Shown here: one piece after another, positions 59,213 through 64,000 of the stretch
Layout of the letters: the number at the start of each line of letters is the position of its first letter
Numbering within the stretch: the first letter of the stretch is position 1
Assembly (NCBI GenBank): GCA_045105515.1
Contig: JBGCDR010000156.1
Span: forward strand, 1-64,000
DNA: 64,000 bases
From: Oligoflexales bacterium
GTDB taxonomy: Bacteria; Bdellovibrionota_B; Oligoflexia; Oligoflexales; Bog-1112
Direction: 5' to 3'
Notes under the pieces: model-generated
What the model was told of the DNA's origin: nothing
The model's database searches: none
What the model saw: the letters and a program-made list of their open reading frames with translations, nothing else
Translations under genes and position numbers: made by a program

Positions 59213-59482
59213 ATGTCTCTCAGCAAAGAGCGAAAAACAGAAATCATCAAAAAATTTCAATTGAATGAAAAGGACACTGCCTCTCCTCAAGTGCAAATCG
59301 CACTATTGACCTCGCGATTAAATTACCTAAATGATCACTTCAAAAAGAACAAGAAGGATCATCATTCCCGTAGAGGATTGATGAAAATCGTAGGCCAGCG
59401 AAGAAGGCTCCTTGACTACCTTCATACTAATGATGCTCCCAGCTATAAGAAGCTTATTGTTGAACTTGGTATTCGTAAGTAA
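59213..59482 (+). CDS. rpsO: 30S ribosomal protein S15
   Basis: 89 aa from ATG 59213 (GGAG SD); [23 protein letters not shown] and RRRLLDYL motifs. Confidence 0.98.
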   Translation: MSLSKERKTEIIKKFQLNEKDTASPQVQIALLTSRLNYLNDHFKKNKKDHHSRRGLMKIVGQRRRLLDYLHTNDAPSYKKLIVELGIRK

Positions 59483-59616
59483 GCACATACCTCACATGGC
59501 AGCGCTGCATCACAGAGCTGCTATATCCACTAACCCTGGTCAAATGACTCTTTTTATTCTTAAATATATAATCAATCTACCAGCGGTTATCATCATTCCC
59601 TTTAAAGGATTTAATT

Positions 59617-61707
59617 ATGTCCACAATCCGTGAAGTAACGATAAACAACCGGATCATAAAATTTGAGTTTGATAAGTTTGCTAAACAAGCTAATGGCACT
59701 GTTATGGTTTCCTCAGGAGGAACCCAGGTACTGGTAACTGTCTGTGCTGCAAAAGAAGCAAATCCTAACACTGACTTTTTCCCTCTAGGCGTAGACTATA
59801 TCGAAAAATCTTATGCTGTTGGAAAGATCCCTCCTGGATTTGTTAAACGTGAAGGAAAACCTGGCGATCTAGCGACCCTTACAGCTCGTGTGCTTGATCG
59901 TCCCCTTCGCCCATGTTTCCCCAAAGATTTTCGCAACGAAACTGTCATTACAGCCACAGTCCTTTCCTATGAGTTTGGTTACAGCCCCAGCACCTTGGCC
60001 CTTATGGGAGCTAGCACAGCTTTAATGATCAGCGATATTCCTTTCGATGGTCCAGTAGCAGGATTGCGGCTTGGATTAAAGGATGGTCAATATCTGATCG
60101 ACCCGCCTGAAGGAGCAGAAGGTGATCTTGATCTAAATATAGCTTGTAAGCCAGACGCAGTTCTTATGGTCGAAGCTGGAGCAAATTTTCTTAGTGAACA
60201 AGAAATGCTCGATGCTATCGAGCATGCTCACGATGCTATGAAGCCTCTATTTGACATGCAGTTAGAAGTACAAAAAGAGATTGGCAAGCCAAAATGGGAA
60301 CTTGCACCAAAGGCTGAAAATTCAGAACTACTTGCACAAGTTAAAGAGGTGGCTCAACCCCTTTTAAGAGAGTTTTTTGCAATTAGCAACAAACAAACTC
60401 GAAATGAAGCTTTATCTAAAGGTAAAGCTGATGTAGTTGAACGACTAAATCCTGAAAATGACCCCTCGCTAGCAACAGAGATCAAAGAGCTATGGTCTAA
60501 GCTTAAATCAGAACATATGCGCTCCATGATTTTGAAAGACAAAGTTCGCATAGACCAGAGAGGCCTAAAGGATATTCGCACAATCAGCTGTGAAACTAAC
60601 ATACTTCAAAGCGCCCATGGGTCATCCTTATTTACCAGAGGAGAAACACAAGCCCTCGCAAGTGTAACCTTGGCTGCCGATGAAGACCAACAACGCATAG
60701 AAACCCTGTGGGACTCAGACCATAGACAGCGATTTATGCTTCACTACAACTTCCCTCCCTTTTGTGTAGGAGAAGCTCGTATGCAGCGTTCACCCGGTCG
60801 TAGGGAAATTGGGCATGGTACGCTAGCACGCAAAGCATTAATCCCTGTGATTCCTGAGGTAAGTAAGTTTGGCTACACCATCCGAATAGTCTCTGAAACC
60901 TTAGAGTCAAATGGTAGCTCATCTATGGCAGCTGTTTGCTCTGGAACAATGGCTTTGATGCAAGCAGGGGTACCAATTAAGGAACCTGTTGCAGGAATTG
61001 CTATGGGCCTCGTTAAGGAAGAAGAAGAGTATTCAATCCTTTCAGACATCCTTGGGGATGAGGACCATCTTGGTGATATGGACTTCAAAGTCTGTGGTAC
61101 TGCAGACAAAATTACAGCACTACAGATGGATATTAAAATTGGTGGTATCACCAAAGACATTATGCGTGAAGCTCTTGAGCAAGCCAAGGAAGGCAGACTT
61201 CATATTCTAGGAAAGATGAATGCCACCATCTCACAGCCCGAAGAAGAAGTAGCTCCTCACGCACCTCGGATTTTTAAGCTCAAGATCAAGCAAGATAAAA
61301 TTCGTGATCTAATTGGTCCTGGTGGAAAAAGTATCAAGAAAATTACTTCCGAAACCGGTGTAAAAATGGATATCGAAGAAGAAGGCCTCATTAGCATAGT
61401 GGCGCCCAACGCCACAGCAGCTCAAGCTGCTAAGTCAATGATTCGCGCTTTCACCAGCAACCCTCAGGTTGGTGATGTTTTCCTTGGCAAAGCAGTTAGA
61501 CTAACCGACTTCGGTGTATTCATAGAAATTAAACCTGGACTTGACGGACTCTGCCACATCACCCAACTTTCAGATCAAAAAGTAAAGAATACTGAAGAGG
61601 TCCTAAAGCTTGGTGATGAAGTTCTAGTCAAAGTTATTGATATTGATCGCCAGGGTCGAATAAAGTTAAGCCGTAAAGAAGCTTTCGGGCAAAAACCAAG
61701 CACCTAA
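59617..61707 (+). CDS. pnp: Polyribonucleotide nucleotidyltransferase
   Basis: DFFPLGVDY, HGSSLFTRGETQ, RREIGHG, ESNGSSS and DHLGDMDFKV motifs; KH and S1 domains. Confidence 0.98.
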   Translation: MSTIREVTINNRIIKFEFDKFAKQANGTVMVSSGGTQVLVTVCAAKEANPNTDFFPLGVDYIEKSYAVGKIPPGFVKREGKPGDLATLTARVLDRPLRPCFPKDFRNETVITATVLSYEFGYSPSTLALMGASTALMISDIPFDGPVAGLRLGLKDGQYLIDPPEGAEGDLDLNIACKPDAVLMVEAGANFLSEQEMLDAIEHAHDAMKPLFDMQLEVQKEIGKPKWELAPKAENSELLAQVKEVAQPLLREFFAISNKQTRNEALSKGKADVVERLNPENDPSLATEIKELWSKLKSEHMRSMILKDKVRIDQRGLKDIRTISCETNILQSAHGSSLFTRGETQALASVTLAADEDQQRIETLWDSDHRQRFMLHYNFPPFCVGEARMQRSPGRREIGHGTLARKALIPVIPEVSKFGYTIRIVSETLESNGSSSMAAVCSGTMALMQAGVPIKEPVAGIAMGLVKEEEEYSILSDILGDEDHLGDMDFKVCGTADKITALQMDIKIGGITKDIMREALEQAKEGRLHILGKMNATISQPEEEVAPHAPRIFKLKIKQDKIRDLIGPGGKSIKKITSETGVKMDIEEEGLISIVAPNATAAQAAKSMIRAFTSNPQVGDVFLGKAVRLTDFGVFIEIKPGLDGLCHITQLSDQKVKNTEEVLKLGDEVLVKVIDIDRQGRIKLSRKEAFGQKPST

Positions 61708-61730
61708 CTTTTGATTTTTCACTTGTAAAA

Positions 61731-61767
61731 ACACTAGCAGCAGCTAGTGTCATAGCTTGGTTTTTTT
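61731..61767 (+). terminator. Hairpin/terminator after pnp
   Basis: ACACTAGC-AGCA-GCTAGTGT stem, with a T7 run 10 nt later. Confidence 0.55.
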
Positions 61768-61789
61768 GCCAGAATTCTAGAAGGAAACT

Positions 61790-62224
61790 ATGATAAAGCT
61801 AAAATATAGTCCCGAATTTGCTCCAGTCTATCAAACAACGAAAAGTGCAGGGGCGGATCTCGTCTCAACAAGCAATCTTTGCATTAAAGCTGGTCACAAA
61901 GCTAAAGTTCCGACAGGTGTCAGTATTGAAGGAGTGAGCTGGGATCAGGTACCACAAGGGTGCATCCCAGAATTGCAAATCCGTGCTCGCTCTGGACTGG
62001 CCTACAAACATGGCATATGTCTTAGCAATGGAGTCGGAACCATAGATGCAGACTACCCAGATGAAATTTGTGTACTATTGTGGAATAGTTCCGATTCTGA
62101 TTTTAATATTAGTAAAGGGGACCGAATTGCACAAATGGTATTGAACTTATGTTACAAAATTCCAATGCTCGACCAAAAAGGTCTAAGGACAAGTGGGTTC
62201 GGATCTACCGGCATTAGAATATAG
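61790..62224 (+). CDS. dut: dUTPase (trimeric)
   Basis: SAGADL, RSGLA, GTIDADY, GDRIAQ and R.SGFGSTG motifs. Confidence 0.96.
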   Translation: MIKLKYSPEFAPVYQTTKSAGADLVSTSNLCIKAGHKAKVPTGVSIEGVSWDQVPQGCIPELQIRARSGLAYKHGICLSNGVGTIDADYPDEICVLLWNSSDSDFNISKGDRIAQMVLNLCYKIPMLDQKGLRTSGFGSTGIRI

Positions 62225-62258
62225 TTTTTACCCTCTTCTAAATCTTGGGATCTATTTT

Positions 62259-62582
62259 ATGAGTCAGGGAGCTAAGAACAAATCAGTAAAAAAAAACATT
62301 GAGGGACGTACTACACAAATATCCTTAGATGTCTATGAGAGAGTTAAGAAAGATGCTAAATATCGGAAAATGACAGTTGATCAGTACCTTGACTCAATAT
62401 TGCGGGAAGTCATTTTCAAGCCTACAAAGACCAAAGAGAGCAGAAAGAAAGACCTTCTAGGCTACTGCCCTAATTGTGAGGCGACGATCAAACATTCGAC
62501 TATAAAGCTTGAAGTTTCAAAGAAACCTACCGAGTCTTTACAGCTTGAAAAGAGCTTTTTCTCTCGAATTTTTAAAAAATAG
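62259..62582 (+). CDS. Small basic protein, ribbon-helix-helix-like with a CPNC motif
   Basis: Start refined to MSQGAKNK; TTQISLDVYERVKKDAKYRKMTVDQYLDSIL RHH-like pattern. Confidence 0.55.
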   Translation: MSQGAKNKSVKKNIEGRTTQISLDVYERVKKDAKYRKMTVDQYLDSILREVIFKPTKTKESRKKDLLGYCPNCEATIKHSTIKLEVSKKPTESLQLEKSFFSRIFKK

Positions 62583-62584
62583 AC

Positions 62585-64000
62585 CTAATTTTTTTTGCTA
62601 GGCAGTGCTACAGGCAGGTACTTATCTAATATCTGATGTCCAATCTTTACATGACCTGTTTTCAAATATAGCTGGCCAAGCCCCCTCATCAAGATAGCAT
62701 CATCTCCAACAAGATCCAAAACTCTCTCTAAGGACGCAATAGCATATTCCGTCTCATGACTTTCGCAACAAGCTTGAACCAATGCCTTGAAAGCCAAATT
62801 GCCCGGTGCGCCCCTAACAATCGACTTTTCAGTCCAATAAATAGCATCCTCTATCATACCTAGACGCTTATAGACTAGGGCTATTCCCAAAACACATTGA
62901 TGACTATTAGGTGATAATGCCAAACCCTTCTTAAAAGCCCTAATGGCATCTTCATGATTATAGCTATACCAGGCTAGATATCCTAAGCCACAAAATGCTT
63001 TTGAATTTTTACTATGAGTTTTTATAGCCAATTCAAAATAACTCTGGGCCTGCTCAAAATTCTTACCCGTCATTAATGCTTGAGCTTTAATGGTTAAAAG
63101 CCTACTACGGTCTGGTAAACTCAGGGCTTCCTTATCGATATCATCTATACATTCTAAAAGTTCAACTGTTTGTTCTTCAATAAGTGACTGTTGTTCCCAT
63201 ACATCCCAAGACATTTCAGGGTTCTTCTTGCGCTTGCTAGCCTCCACCAAAGAATGAATTTGACTAAAGATTTGCCTAGCGATACTTTGATCTCCAAAAC
63301 TAGCTACTTTTCTCGCAACTATCTGCTTCAAGTCATAAAATATTTCTTCATCTTTTAAAACTTTATTCATTAGAAAAGCCAAGGATTCATAAGAACCTTT
63401 ATCCCAATTTAGCTCATCAAAAGATAAGAGGTCTGCAAATATCCCATTTTCTTCTACAAGAGGAATTACTCCAGCGCTCATAGCCTCTAACATTTGATAT
63501 GGAAACAAAGGAAGTTTATCTTTATTCAAGCAATTTGGAAACACTATGAGATCGCAAGCACAAAATAAGTCAGATAAAAAGGGCTCTGGATCTTGATTAA
63601 GAAAATAAGTTTGCCCACCCAGCCCTAGTTTATAAGATAAGTATTGCAATTCCTTGCTAAACTCACCCTGCCCCAAATAAATAACCTTAATATTACTATA
63701 AAAATCTTTGCTGAGACTTTGCTGAATTTTTATTGCCTTTAACACAAGGTCTGGTTGCTCTGACCTCTCAATGTCTCCATAAAACAAAATCACCCGATCA
63801 GAGCCATTAAGACCTATATAGTTACGAAATTTCATGCGTTTGTCTTTACTAGCAGCAAACCGTATAGTATCAACACGCGGAGGTAGAATTTTTAGCTTTT
63901 CTTGGGAAATTCCGGCTCCTATCAAATCCTTAGCAACCCCTTCTGTAGGGACAAGAAAAATCTTAACCATTTCAGCAAGGAAGTCTTGGATAGCTTTAAT
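62585..64000 (-). CDS. GT4-like glycosyltransferase fused to TPR repeats (5' truncated by the window edge)
   Basis: Frame open to position 64000; PPRVDTIRF, ACDLIVFP...LEAMSAGV; C-terminal TPRs (AFCGLGYLAW...AIRAFKKGLALSP). Confidence 0.85.
   Translation of the reverse strand: MKAIQDFLAEMVKIFLVPTEGVAKDLIGAGISQEKLKILPPRVDTIRFAASKDKRMKFRNYIGLNGSDRVILFYGDIERSEQPDLVLKAIKIQQSLSKDFYSNIKVIYLGQGEFSKELQYLSYKLGLGGQTYFLNQDPEPFLSDLFCACDLIVFPNCLNKDKLPLFPYQMLEAMSAGVIPLVEENGIFADLLSFDELNWDKGSYESLAFLMNKVLKDEEIFYDLKQIVARKVASFGDQSIARQIFSQIHSLVEASKRKKNPEMSWDVWEQQSLIEEQTVELLECIDDIDKEALSLPDRSRLLTIKAQALMTGKNFEQAQSYFELAIKTHSKNSKAFCGLGYLAWYSYNHEDAIRAFKKGLALSPNSHQCVLGIALVYKRLGMIEDAIYWTEKSIVRGAPGNLAFKALVQACCESHETEYAIASLERVLDLVGDDAILMRGLGQLYLKTGHVKIGHQILDKYLPVALPSKKN

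Noticed and set aside
1044..61210. Numerous 60-140 aa ORFs nested in or antisense to long genes (for example 1044-1265, 24744-25067, 36827-37204, 37909-38334, 47329-47703, 53367-53711, 60873-61187)
   Set aside because: They overlap well-supported CDSs, lack family motifs, and look like shadow ORFs.
1..64000. CRISPR array, cas genes, transposases, integrases, phage genes
   Set aside because: No regularly spaced direct repeats were seen in the intergenic gaps, and no ORF carries recognisable motifs for these families.

Overview
This is AT-rich bacterial chromosomal DNA. Gene content suggests a Bdellovibrionota/Oligoflexia-like deltaproteobacterium (inference from the flgF-G-A-H-I-J-M-N-K-L order, CarD, a STAS/Zn-ribbon protein, and many orphan lipoproteins and TPR proteins). 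Housekeeping genes include coaD, rsmD, speA, gloB, plsC, coaBC, pfkA, radD, mtnA, an acyl-CoA dehydrogenase, lipA, sthA, carD, rpsO, pnp and dut. The window also carries tRNA-Ala(UGC), tRNA-Val(UAC), and a flagellin next to a sigma54-preceded rod/ring/hook-junction operon. No CRISPR array, integrase or transposase was seen. Most notable: (1) a co-oriented uncharacterised cluster (large TPR protein, Zn-finger protein, TPR-EVE fusion, PsbP/DcrB-like membrane protein with an acidic tail, mtnA) with three FliA/sigma28-like promoters; (2) the same sigma28-like motif in front of several other non-flagellar orphan genes; (3) a remodelled FlgH with a ~100-aa coiled-coil tail; (4) tandem secreted vWA paralogues split by a terminator; (5) an archaeal-type CoaBC; (6) probable pseudo-enzymes (amidase, clostripain); (7) an unannotated 52-aa basic protein and a structured intergenic RNA candidate. 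All calls come from reading motifs by eye; no database searches were run.
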